Source: Vicugna vicugna (Eukaryota). Taken from it: a stretch of 64,000 nt of DNA. The translations under genes were made by a program, and so were the position numbers. The stretch is from assembly GCA_013265495.1 (NCBI GenBank), contig MU058418.1, positions 1,078,917-1,142,916 of the forward strand. Reading direction: 5' to 3'. Of the stretch, positions 1-12,630 are shown one piece after another; the stretch's first letter is position 1; each line of letters begins with the position of its first letter. The notes below the pieces were generated by a model. It was not told the origin of the DNA, ran no database searches, and was given only the letters and a program-made list of their open reading frames with translations.

Positions 1-1389
1 GGTTGGTACATTGAAGGTGTAAACTGGGAGAGTGGAATAAAAACAGCCTCACGAGATCATAGCCTACCGCAAACTTTTTGGGGAGACTGGTGGGCCCTCT
101 AAAACAAAAGAACATTAATATATGGGCTGAAACCTGCCTTGAATTTCTGATTCTTTAATGATCTGCAAAATTTCGCCTTCAGTTCCCATAAAGTTCCAGT
201 AAGTTAAAATATATATATATATCTCGCTACAGTTTTTGAAGTGAAACTCAGACAAGCCTCTATCAGAACTTTTTTTAGAAAGACAAAACAATTAAGTAGA
301 TCATAGTTAAATCTCCAACAAATGCAGACCTTGAGCATTGAGGTAGAAAGATGAATGTCTATCCCTGTCTGGAGAGTTATCTCACTAGATAGTCCCATAT
401 TTTCTGAGTTTTTTTGTATGTTGAGTATCATAAACTCCATTCACTTTAAATCTGATCTGTCTAAGCTGAAAAATTATCTGGATCATTAGCAACCATTCCT
501 AATAACACTAAGAATAGTTGGAATAAAAAGAAATTACTTTAACATGTAGATTATTTTCGAGAAAACTCGGCATTCATTCAACAAACATTTATTGAAGATC
601 TAGGAGGTATTTTCAACTCTAGATACTAGAGATAAAAGGCTGAAGAAAACACTAAGAAAACACACGAAATTCCCGGGGTGCGGGGGCAGGCGTTTCCTGT
701 CTTTCAGTGTCCTCCTCGACCGGGAGCGGTGGGAAATTCCCTGATCTCATCAGGTTAATTATCTAGTATATTCTATATCTTGAGGAGCCAGATAATAAAC
801 AAACCAATAATTAATGTATCTGTCAATATGATTGGTGCTATAAAGAAAATAAAACTGGATAATGTGAAAAATAAAAAAAATTTTTTAAAAAAGAACCTCA
901 AAAAACCAAACCAAAACAAAAAAACTGGATAATGTGATAGTGACCCAGACAAGCTCGTTACGGTGGTCAGAGAAATCCTCTCGGAATATCTCTCTTTCAA
1001 AGAGTAAGAGGAATATTAGGATAAGTTCGCCCAGGCAGCACTCACTGCTGGGCTTGCGGCCTGTTGCTAGACACCAGATGGAAACTTGGCTGATATGATT
1101 ACAGTAGTGAGCTCAAGAAATGTGTATAAATGACTCTAAATTGAAATATATGGCAGCTAAGAGACCAGGAACCACTGTATTATGTTGTCATCTGTGACAT
1201 CTGAACAAGGCAATCATGGGATATTCTTATAGAAAGCATCTGTCTCATTCCTTGCAGGTCACTCAGAGCAGCCTTTGGCAGCAGCCACAATTGCCTGCAG
1301 TGGGGAAGCAGCTACAGAGGATAGCGGCACAGTCATGCAGCTGAAGAAGAGTTTCCTGGGAGAAACATCAGAAAAAAAATTTACTTTTC

Positions 1390-3130
1390 AGGAGATATGA
1401 TTGTATTCCTGGAAAAATCCATGAATAAGCTGCTAGAATTAATAAGAGAACTTTGCAGATGAATGAAAGTAAAGAAGTTAATTTATCATTTTCCTCTGTC
1501 TAGGCAATGTCTAGTTAGACTGGCGATGGAAAAAAGTAGCCTATTCGTAACAGCAACCAAAACTAAAATCAAAGAAACAAATAAAACAAAAAACAGGGAG
1601 GCAGGCACAGGATCCATAGGAACAAAATTATGAAATTTTGTTAAAGGACATAAACCAAAATCTTGGTAAAAAAAGACTCCATGTTCCTGGATAGGAGGAC
1701 TTGATACAGAAAATTATCACTTCTTCTAAAATTAATAATGCAAATATAATCAGAATCCCACTGTGGTTGGTTTTACCCTCCTCTCTGCCTTGGATGTATG
1801 GGTAGTACTGGACAAGACTTTTTAAGAGTTCATTTGTTGGAAAATAACCAAGAAGATTATGAAAGTGAAAAAAATTAAAGTGAGATTTGCTTTACCAAAT
1901 GTTAAAACTCACTATAAAGCTACTGTAAACAAGAATATGCTTTTGGCTCTCTATTAAGCAAAGGGCAAAAACAGAAACAGACCCCAATAAAGAGCATGAT
2001 ATATAACAAGAAGAGCATTTCGGTTCATTGGGGAAACGGTGCCAACACAGTTGAGTGTCCAGGGAATAGGGGAACTGTGTAGCTAGTCCCCTGCATTAAT
2101 GCAGGGGAAAAAATTCTAGGCAGAATTTAAATGTAAAAAGTAAACATGTTTAGAGAAAGATTAGAATAAAAGTTGTATAACTTTGAGAAAAAAATGCTTC
2201 CTAAGCAATATGGGAAACAAGCTACAAAGAAAAAAATAGTCATTTAAGTACATACATTTTTAAATAAAAATTATATAACAAAAGGCATTTTAATTAAAAA
2301 AATAGGGAAAGTATACATGTAATACTTAAGATAGTAAAAGCCTAATATTCCTGATATAAAAAGAACTTCCACAAATTGATAAGAAAAAGACAATCCCATA
2401 GAAAAATGGGCAAAAAATATAGTTACTAGTCTACATGTTTTTCAGATAATGATCAAACTCTCATAACAGTCCTATGAGAGGGTACCATTATTGTCCTCAT
2501 TTTACAAATGGGGAAACTGAGGCACAAAGGTGAAATAACTTGAGTATAAAATGGCAAAACCAGCTCTAGAATTTATAAACTTAACCACTATTTCATGCTG
2601 CCTCTAAGGAAAAGAAACTCAAATGAACAATAAGTGGAAAAATAGGCTCAACCTCCCTAATCAAATAAATGTACATTAAGGCAAATATGAAATACTGTTT
2701 TCATATTGGCAAAGAACAAAAAGAACAGAAACATACAGTGTTAGGGAGAATGTAAGGAAACAGGCAATTTGATCATGTTTAACAAAATTAAAAATATTTG
2801 TCACACTCTGTTCCCAAAATCCAACTTTTGCTGCAGGAGACCACGATACTTAAGGATATAACAGCAGGGATAGTTATTGCGGCTTTATTTAAAGTGGCAA
2901 AATCTAGAAACAGCCTGAATTGGGAATGCTTGAATTATAGTATATTCTAACTATGGGAAATTATGTAATATTTTATGCAATTTATATGTAATACATAAAT
3001 TACATAATTATAGGGCAAATGAAATAGTTCTATTTTTATTTCTTAGGAATATTGGAATATATCTATTTTTAGTTATTAGAATTAGGAAAGGAATATCCAT
3101 GATATATTGGTAAGTGAGGATCAAACAATA
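1390..3130 (+). mobile_element. Highly decayed L1 (L1ME-like) ORF2/3' fragments, interrupted by a MIR
   Basis: A-rich, with L1 ORF2-like motifs such as GATATGATTGTATTCCTGGAAAAATCC, CCATGTTCCTGGATAGGAGGAC and ATAGAAAAATGGGCAAAA. Confidence 0.6.
2455..2605 (-). mobile_element. MIR SINE
   Basis: MIR core reverse complement CCTCATTTTACAAATGGGGAAACTGAGGCACA. Confidence 0.8.
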
Positions 3131-4279
3131 ATCTGTGCCGTGGCAGCATGTTCCCATTTGGGTAAACAAAATCCTTTTGGTGTATTATATGTACTTCAGT
3201 ATGAGCATATGTATGGAAGGATTTATACCAGACTGTTAACACTGGTAACTCAAGAAAGGGTGGCAGTTGAATTGGGGGTGGGGACGGGAGGACACAAACA
3301 TATTATAACCATGAGCTAAGATGATAGAAAACTATAACCAATTTTATGTTTTCCTAATGGCCCAAATCTAGAAAATAATTTGTCAGTGTGCCTGTGTTAC
3401 TGTGGGCACCTTGAGAGTTGTGTTCTTTGAGTACTGTATTAAATTATCAAAGTTTGATAGCTGTGGTCTTTAAGAGTATCCATTCCTCTTTATTTAGAGA
3501 GCACTGCACAGTCAGTTGATAGTATTTTATTTCCTATGAGGCCTTTCTTATAGGCAAAAAGACGTGCTGCCTTGTGGCAGCAGTTTAGATTTTCAGTTTA
3601 AATTTGTAAATTGAGGTTCTGTCTTATAAACTAGTCTCTTGTGAACTTGATTAATGAATCACTCCCCCTTTAAGACACCTCAGCAATCCCTTATTTTATC
3701 CTCTTTCATATTTCACACCCATTTTTTTTTTACTCTCAGCAGGTAGCCTCACTTCATGCAGCACAAAGAAAAGTAAAAGCCACAAAGTTCAGTATCCTTC
3801 CTCACCACCTAAGACTATTTACAATATGAGTCCTCCTCAGAACTCCTGAGAGCAGGAGGCACATCTGGGCCACTTCTAGCTTTTGAAGTTTTGGGCATCT
3901 TCAAATCTGGTAATGAGGAAATTATTTATAAACACTATGGTTTGTTTGTTAATTTTAAATAGAGCATTTACATGATTAAAAGTCACAATGCATTTAAGAG
4001 TATCCATTGAAAAATCTGCCTCCAATACCTATCTGCAGCCACCTAGTTCCCCTTTCTATTGACAGCTGCTGTGACCAGTGGCTGTGTATCTGTGTATCCT
4101 TCCTGAAATATTCCAGCATGTAAAGGTGTGTTTACTTATATATAAAACAGAAATGGCATCATAGGATACACATGCTTTTGCACCTTATTTTCCTTAAGAT
4201 ATCTTGAGGACAGACCCACATTTGTACAGCAGCAAAATATTTTATTACATGATGCACCATAATTTACTTCACTTGTCCC

Positions 4280-4762
4280 TGAAGGGGAGCAGAATTGTGT
4301 GTCCCCAAAATATGCTACTTTGGCATGTGGATTGTCTTGAGCTAAGGGCAATCAAGATGCCACAAAACTCAAGAAAAACTTGTAACTCTCCCTTCATTAT
4401 CTAAAAAAATGTAGATGGGGGCCTGGCCCAGAGAGAGCTATTACCAGAGAAAACTTTTGTCTCAGCGACCTTTCTCTACGACAGGGGAAACATCTAATTA
4501 CCAAACATCTGCTCCTCTTATTGGCCTATGAATTACTGTCCTTACCCTTTGAAGCCCTAAGCCTGCATCCCATTCCTTAAACTTAAGTTGAGACATACAA
4601 GCCTCAGCTATCCAAGCTTGCTCTTTGGTCTCATGCTTTTATGGGACTCATGTAGATACAAAATTAAATTTGCTTTTCTCCTGTTACTCTGTCTTATATC
4701 AATTTTATTTGACCAGCCAAAACAACCTAGAAGGGTAGAGGAGAAAATTTTCCTCCACTACG
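4280..4762 (+). mobile_element. Solo LTR, ERV1-like
   Basis: Starts TGAAGGGG and ends CTACG (CA decayed). Flanked by the TCCC direct repeat (4276-4279 and 4763-4766). Splits an older L1 3' fragment. Confidence 0.7.
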
Positions 4763-4882
4763 TCCCCTTTTTGATCTGAACCTTTCACTGTCACAGTGTT
4801 GCAGTGAATAACCTCGAACATATCATCATTACACACACTTAATTCCAAATACGAAATTATACCTGTAGGATAAATTCCTGTA

Positions 4883-5133
4883 CAGGCATACTTCAGAGAG
4901 GTTGTGGGTTCAGTTCCTGACCACCGCAGTAAAGCAAATAGCTCAATAAAGCCAGTTCCCAAATGTTTTGGTCTCCCAATGCATACAAAAGTTATGTTTA
5001 CACTATATTGTTGTCTGTTAAGTGTGCAATAGCGTTAAGTGTAGAAAAACAACATACACATCTTAATCTAGAAAAATGCCATTGGAAAAATGGTGCTGAT
5101 AGACTTGGTCCACAGAGTTGCCACAAACCTTCA

Positions 5134-5169
<36 letters not shown>

Positions 5170-5207
5170 TTATCTGCAAAGTGCAGTAAAACAAAGTATA
5201 ATAAAAC
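4883..5207 (-). mobile_element. Internally deleted Tigger1-type DNA transposon
   Basis: TA then terminal repeat CAGGCATACTTC; sequence from both Tigger1 ends is present; expanded A run at about 5140-5165; the right TIR is truncated. Confidence 0.8.
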
Positions 5208-5600
5208 TTCCAGCCCCGCCCCCTGGCTCCTGGGAGTGTGGCAGACTGGAGAGGGCAAGAAAGAGCCTTGCGCCCCTCCCCCATACTCTGCCCTGTGCAT
5301 CTCTTTCGTTTGGCTATTCTTGAGTTGTAATCCTTTATAATAAACTGTGAAACGTATGTGTTTTTCTGAGCTCTGAGTCAAATTATCAAACCCGAGGGGG
5401 AAGGGTTCATGAGAATCCCCAAATTTGTAGCCTGCTGGTCAGGAGTAGGTAGCTTAAGCACCCCATTTAAGGCTGGTGTCTAAAGTCAGGGCAGCCTCGT
5501 GGGACTGAGTCTTTAACCTGTGGGGTCTATGCTAACTCCAGGTAATTAGTGTCAGAATTGAATTGAATCGTTGGACCCCCAGCTGGGGTTGTAGAATCAG
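5208..5600 (+). mobile_element. MER21-like LTR fragment
   Basis: CCTTTATAATAAAC, TTAACCTGTGGGGTCTATGCTAACTCCAGG and TAGTGTCAGAATTGAATT; related to the inverted copy near 38040-38745. Confidence 0.7.
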
Positions 5601-6703
5601 AGGCTTTGGAGATGATGTTAAGCCATTCTAGTAGCACATTGGATAGTCCCTCTCCTTCTCTCAAAGGTAAAAAGTTCTATTTCCACCATCAGTGAGGGCT
5701 CCATGTATGATTGCTCCCCGGACCATCTAAGAGTCTGGAGTCTCAGGGAGATTAATACGTCAGCTGAACACATCTTCACACTGATTTTCTTTGTATATTT
5801 GTTCACAGTTTTATTTAAAGAGGAGATGAGACCTGGAGCAAGCCAGGTTCTGCTTGCACGCCTCAGTCAGCAAAACAAGCCTGCTGGCATCGTGGCTCAC
5901 TCTCAGAAGGCAGGTTAGTGGGCATCTGTTGTGTTTTAGGCATGCCTATGAGGGGTCTTAAACCCGACCCGGAGATCCTTCACAAAGTATCTCTTCCAGC
6001 AAACACACAATTCTACTTTTTTTTTTTTTTTGTAATTTAGTGTCTCTTTTATTTTGGTAAATCAGACAGGGCTCAGCTGGTTGTAGCAACATCAGAACCC
6101 CCCTCTCTTGCTTTTTACAATTCTCCATCAATGTTGCCTTTCCCCTATATCTTCTTACCATTTGTGGTAGCCATGAGAATTTGCCTCTCAGATCTCCAGC
6201 CTCAGGAAACATAATTAACCTATGGCTTCAGCTGCTGTGTGCTGAAATTCATTACTGCATTTGCTCTGAGGCCACATTTCCCATGGTTTCTCCCAACCAA
6301 GTGCTGGGCACAACAGCCAGTGGCTGGGGACTGCTCAGATACCAGGAATATGAGGCCCATTCCTGGGTGAGGAGGAACTCTCCTCTGAAAGAAGACACTG
6401 GATCCGGTGTCTGGAGGAGTCAAAAGCAGCCATGACAATGAGTAATTGCTGTCCCTAGTCAAGTGGTTGACTTATGAAAGGGGGAAAAAAAAAGGGGGCC
6501 CAGGATTCCTTTGAGATTGAAGGGCCCCTGACATCACGCAGTGACTGATTTCAACCATGTAGGGCCAGGGAAGGAAGTGTAAATCTGAATCGGAGAGAAA
6601 ACAAACGAGTCCTCATCTGCAGGAACAATGGGAACCAGGCATTTGTATTCTCCCAAGAAAATGGATTGAAACTTTCTGAGTAAATATCCACCAGTGTTAT
6701 CTA

Positions 6704-6872
6704 GAGCGGTGTTTCTCAAACATATTTAATATGCATACAGATCACCTGGGGATTTTGCAAAACTACAGATTCTGATCCAGGAGTTCTAGGATGAGGCCTG
6801 AGATTTTGCATTTCTAGCAAGTTCCAGAAAATGCCAATGCTGCTGGTCTCCAGACCACACTAAATAGCAAAT
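6704..6872. mobile_element. MER5A-like hAT-Charlie MITE
   Basis: GTTTCTCAAA...ATCACCTGGGG...CAGATTCTGA...GGCCTGAGATTTTGCATTTCTAGCAAGTTCC...GACCACAC. Confidence 0.8.
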
Positions 6873-8514
6873 ATTTAGAGAATCTCAAGAATGCCATATA
6901 CATTGATTAACTGGTGGGGCTGGGAGAGGGTCATTCCAGAACCAAGGCCATCATGTGGTGTCCTTAGCTAAACAGATATGTCTCCCTTAGGACTCTTAGA
7001 CCTTTCTGACCATGTGACAAATATGTACTGAGCAGCTACAATAAACCAGGTGCTATACTAGGTACTGGGGGATGAGGGAGCACAGAGAAGAGGAAAAGTG
7101 GTAAACGTGGTTTTTCCTTCCAGGATCTTTCAGTCTGGTCATAGGGGCATGACAGCAGAGTCTGATGAGAGCCACATAGCCCAGTCTTGAGGGCAATAGG
7201 TGAAGAATTCCAGAAGGAAGCAAAAACAAAACTGAGACATTAAGTTGGTGTTTGGCATGCACATTGCCTGTGATTTGGGTATGCCTGTGTGTGGGAGGCA
7301 CATTCCGAAGATAGAGATAAACATATGCAGAGGCCCAGAGGAAAGCACAGCTGGGGAACTGCACATAGTTTAGTACTACTGGAATGAAAGGGGAAAATGA
7401 CAAGGGCTAAGGCCAGAGGGACAAGGCCATAGGGTATTACAATCCATGTTTATGGTTCAGGACATTATCTAAAGACATTCTAAAGGAAACCACTGAATGG
7501 GAGTGACTTGATTTTTAGTTTAGAAAGATCACTCTGACAGAACTAAGATAGTAACAGTGGGAATGTGGAGAAGAGAATGGACTTGAGAAATATTTTCCCG
7601 TTTCTTTGGTTTGCCCCAAAGAAGGTACTGCATTAAGCAACTGAGGACTGCCCAGACTGGAAATCTGAGATGTCAGGTTGGAGGAGGATGTCCGGATGCA
7701 AACAGCACCACAACTCCTATTGGGAGGTGAAAGGCCTGGCAAATCTCTGGATTAGTGTCAGAATTCTAGTGAAAAGACTTAGCCACCAGGATATACACTC
7801 CCAGGCATACCAGGTTTGATTCCTAATAGCGTTTGCAAAGGAAGTAAACTCTCCTAACTACTCATTTGGGAACACATCCTCATAAGAGGTTCATTTGGCC
7901 AGAAACTGTGGGTTGGTTTTGGTAGAGAGATTGACTGGGCCTATTGGACCAATGCTTGATCCACTAAGCTGTTTAATGCTCTCAAATGTATAATTACTTC
8001 AACTTGGAGTATGGGCATATCACTACAATGTTGGCCACCCATCACACCACACACTCACACAGGCATCCCCATGTTATTTCTGTTTGTTGCTCTGTTGACT
8101 GATTCAAATTCAACATGTCTAAAAGTCAGTCTGATCCCATTTACTCTAAAGCACTACCCCCAATATTTACGTCCCTTTTGCTGTAAATGTTATTTTTTGA
8201 ATCACTTGGGCTTATGACTGTGAGTCATCTTTTTTTCTCTTCTTTCTCATCTACCCTTCAGCCCACTGCCATAGCCTAGTCTTGGTTAATGTTAGACTGG
8301 AGATCTCTATACTGCCTTGCTTTCCCTAATCCCTTCTATCCATTATGCACAATACTAACATGATTTACATACTATCATTCTGATATGTTTTTATATTATA
8401 ATATTTCTTGGCTAGAAATTTATATTTTACATAAATGTGCCTGACTTGGAGATGAAACTACTAGCAAACCAATTCTATTTAAACAGGGTTTGGTAGAAGA
8501 AATAGGTAAAATCC

Positions 8515-8678
8515 TTAGTAGCTGTGTAACCCTAGAAAAATTACTTTGCCTGACTATGCCTCCATTTCTTCATGTATAAAATGGGGACAGTAATAGTACC
8601 TCCCTCACAGGGTGGTTATGAGCATCAAAAGATTTAATATTTGTAATGCATTTAAAACAGTGCCAGGCACATGGTATG
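8515..8678 (+). mobile_element. MIR SINE
   Basis: AGCTGTGTAACC...GCCTCCATTTCTTCATGTATAAAATGGGGACAGTAATAGTACC...ACAGTGCCAGGCACAT. Confidence 0.8.
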
Positions 8679-11600
8679 CCCTGAAATGCCTAGAATCTGT
8701 GAAGGCATCAATAAGGAAATGGCCTTATCCAGAAAGAAAGAAAGAATGTGGTTGGAAAAATCACAGGACGAGGACTTGAAGCTATGATTAGAAGTGACTA
8801 GTGGTATGTGGCTAGGTTTGTGAACAGAAGCTATTCAATCAATGCTGTAACTAAATGAATCTAGTAGTGGAAAGCTTGATGAACCTCTGAACCAGAGACC
8901 TGAGCTTAAATCTATTGACAGAATGTTTCAAAGCTTTGATTTATTTACTGTCATTTTAGATTCAAAACATTGGTTTTCACAGGCATTTCAGTCTAAGGTA
9001 ATGGCAATTAATTAGGCCCCAAGTAAAAAGCTGCCACATGAAGTTTACATTACCATAGCTTGAATTTGAGGTCAAAAATTTCAAAATATGGTTGGTTCCA
9101 AAGTATATTTTTGATAAACCAGCTTGAATACTGCATTGTGGATAACAAGGTTAAATAAAGGTTCTAATAAGACAAACAGTGACAATTTAAATAAATCAGA
9201 TGTTTTTGTCGAAGATTACTCTGTGATTTTCTCCAATTATTCATGACATTTCACCCATTCATATTGTGATCTGCTTTAATAGTGGAAGGAAAAAAACCTT
9301 GTCTCCTTGTTTATTCTTTGTTCTCAAGGAGATAAGCTGTTTATAAAGATACGTTATTTGTTATTTAAATCACTTTTTACTGAGGTTGTTTATTTCCTTG
9401 TTTCAGTTTCTAAAAATATTGCAACAATTGTAATGCTTCTTAGAGATGTCTATTCAATTCAGAGTGATTTGTACCGAAATTCTTTGCTAAATGGGCACAG
9501 GTGCTGATGTGTATAACATGCTAGAGTTGAGTCAAAACTAATAAATGCTAAAAAAAAAAAAAAGATAATGGGGATATACTTGTGTCAACTTTTGGAATCT
9601 GTGATTAAAAACATTTTAGACCTAAAGTCTCAGATATTTATAAATGTCTAACTCTATACTTGCCATTTCTTAACTATTTAATAATAGTAGTAGTAATAAT
9701 AATAATAAATTAGATAACACCAAAACTATAAGCAGTAAAATTGCATAATTTAAATCCAGAAATCTATTTCTTAGAAATTGCCCTTTAATCACTTTGCAGA
9801 CTTTCAAGATCATAATTATTATATAAAGTAATTACATTAAAAGATAATTTACCTTGTATTAAAGTATCAAATTAAAGCTGAAAACTGTACCTGTAAACAG
9901 AATTATATTTTTTTCAAAATTGTTGAACAGTAAACACAGGAAATTATCTCTTGCTTCTCTCTTTGCTATGCATAAAATCACCTCCAGAATAAATTTTAAT
10001 AACTTAATACTATAAAGCTACATAGTATAGCATGCAGCTCTATAATATGCATTTTGCATTTCAATTTATAAACCTAAACTAGGTAGTGAACAGGATTAAT
10101 ATATGAAATAAAGCCAAGTGAGTTTGATATTTTAAAGGACAGTTGATTATCTTCAAGAACAAAAGCTTCAAAATCCAGCTGAGTTAATTTGGACTAAAGA
10201 AATGAAGCCTGGTACCATAAATTATAGTATGTATTCCTGCTGAGTAAGCTGTGGATACTGCAAACTCAGATCTGTGGATGCACATCTCTCCCTTTGAAGT
10301 TGATGAGAATTGCTTGGCCTAACTGAGATACATGCTGGGAAAATTGGGCCCTTACAATTGGTGTGTATAGACATTAGAGGTCTCATGACTCTTCCCTTAT
10401 CTATTCCCTTAGTTTTCTCCAGGCTTGGTTTTGGCAGAAGACAATGTTCTTGAACTAGATATGTCCTATAACTAAAAGGTACTCAAGTTTTATCATCTAG
10501 AGAGTCTGGATTGAGAACTCCTCTCTTATCAGTAAAGTTGGATAATTACTTATCCAAGTAATCTCCCCAAGAATGTCCATTTGAAAACAAAACAAAACAA
10601 AACAAAACAAAACACCCAGCTGATTCCTCTGAAGTCTAGGCCAACTCATGGATGATTCTGAGTGTAGCCACCTGGAGCAAGTACTAATACTAGTAAACAA
10701 AAGAGTTTGTTTAGTTTTGTGATTGCCCCTTTGAGTTTTGGTGATTGGCTGCATTTTAGTTACTCTGAATAAGCAGTCTATAGAACTGAAAAACAGTGAG
10801 TCTGATTGCCTGGAAGCATTGCATCAAATCCAACTAACCAACTAACGAAACTAGATTGGTTATGACCATCACTGAGTGGCAATCAAAATTCTATGTAGCA
10901 TGGTGTGCTTTTTGTCTATATATAGATCTGATTTAAGGGCCATTTGAAGAACTGTCTCATTGAAGAGATAAGTTTCAGTCCCTCTCGCTATTCAGTTAAC
11001 TTCAAGAAGGAGTAGTGCCTGTGTTATCTTGGGTGAGTCACTTATTTATCTCTCAGGATCATTGATTCTCAATATGCAAAATGGCTGGGTTAAAATCAGA
11101 AGATCTGTAAGGTCACTTGGGGATTTAAAAATAATTTTTCTTATGTCTGGATATCCATACACATGAGGGTTTTTTTATTTTTGTTTTTTGTAATGATGAA
11201 TACTGAATACATATGCAATATTAAACCTGGAACATTCTTGGAGTTGCTCTGGAAATATTAAAATCCAATTACTAGTTTTTGTAATTTTTTTCCTAATTAA
11301 AAAAAGTATCAGAATACACTTAAGAAATATAGGTAGGGATAGAGAGTGGGAGAATGAAATCAGTTTCCCAGTCTTTTGGAAAAAAAAATGGAGCTTCATG
11401 AAAACAAATCAGACGCTTGGTAAATCATTGGATTTAAGTCATCCAATATGAGGAGATAGATGGTAAGGTAAGTAGAAGCCAGATTTTGATTTTCTAAAGG
11501 TCCATAATAAATTGTATTTCATTCTGTAGATAGCAGGGAGGCATTCTAAGTTGAGACTCTGATGGGATGTGGTCAGATATGTCACATTTTTGGAAACAAA

Positions 11601-11904
11601 TCTGATAGCTGGATGGATCAGAGGAGAAAGAGACAGAGCCAGTTAGGAGATGACTGCATTAGCCTCAGAAAGACAGGAGGAAGAACCAATGGTATTGGCT
11701 GGATTTATGACATATTATGATGATAGATTGAATCATATCTCGTATCTCGTGAAAGACTGCATTATGAGGGATGAAGAAAAGAAATTAATTGAAGGTAGCG
11801 CCAGATTACAAATTTGCACGTGGAGTTGGAGGACGTTAGAAATGATTGGGGGTTGTTTCTATTTTAAAAAGAAAGATGGCAGAGGGAGCACGTGCAGAAA
11901 TTAC

Positions 11905-12230
11905 ATAAGAAAAGCCTCCTCCTGAACCTCAAGAAAATGGGCAGACCCTCCTAAATTCCTCCATAACACCACCAAGTTCTTATCAGATGAAAAGAATGTA
12001 ATACCCTGTAAAATGCCCTGATTGTTATCACCTTTTCTGTTCCATCCGGTTTTTTCTATAAATCATCAAAACCCCAACTCCAGGATGAGCTCACAGTCTT
12101 TAAGGCATTAGCCTGCTTTGACTCCCTTTGCCTGGCAAAGCAATAAAGCTGTTCTTTTCTATCCTACCTAAACCCTGCCTCCAACTCTCAATTTGGCTAT
12201 CGGGGTACAAAGGCCAGTTTTTTGGCAATA
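11905..12230 (+). mobile_element. ERV1-like LTR, 3' part
   Basis: TATA-like CTATAAAT near 12056, GCAAAGCAATAAAGC poly(A) signal near 12142, and LTR-like end GGCAATA. Confidence 0.6.
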
Positions 12231-12239
12231 GTAATAAGA

Positions 12240-12630
12240 TTACTTATTCAGTCATCTAACACACATTTATTGAGTGTCTACCAACTCAGGCACTATTCTA
12301 GGCCCTGGGATACACTAGGGAACAAAACAAACATTAATCCCTGTCCAGATGGAGCTTAAACTCTAGGAAGAGCAGGAAGCGCAGATGCTAAACAAATAAA
12401 TTAGTAAAGTAAGTATGGTGATTTTTGTACGTGGTTGGAGAAAATAAAACTGGGGAGGAGGAAGTTAGGGAGTTAGGTACTCAAGCAAGGCCTTAACTGA
12501 CAGAAGTCATAAGGAAGTAAGGACACAAGGAAGTGAACAGATAGGTATCTTGGAGGCGAGCATTCCAGGCAGAAGGCACAGGAAATGCAAAAGCTTTGTG
12601 GTGGGAAACAGACTTCTGAGTTCCAGGAAC
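12240..12630 (-). mobile_element. L2 LINE 3' fragment (similar relics near 570-1000, 7010-7560, 11400-11880, 17450-18350 and 35550-35940)
   Basis: ACATTTATTGAGTGTCTAC...CAGGCACTATTCTAGGCCCTGGGATAC...GAACAAAACA is the reverse complement of the L2 3' end. Confidence 0.7.

Noticed and set aside
4963..5381. Poly-Lys and poly-Phe ORFs
   Set aside because: They arise from the A run in the Tigger element and the adjacent LTR.
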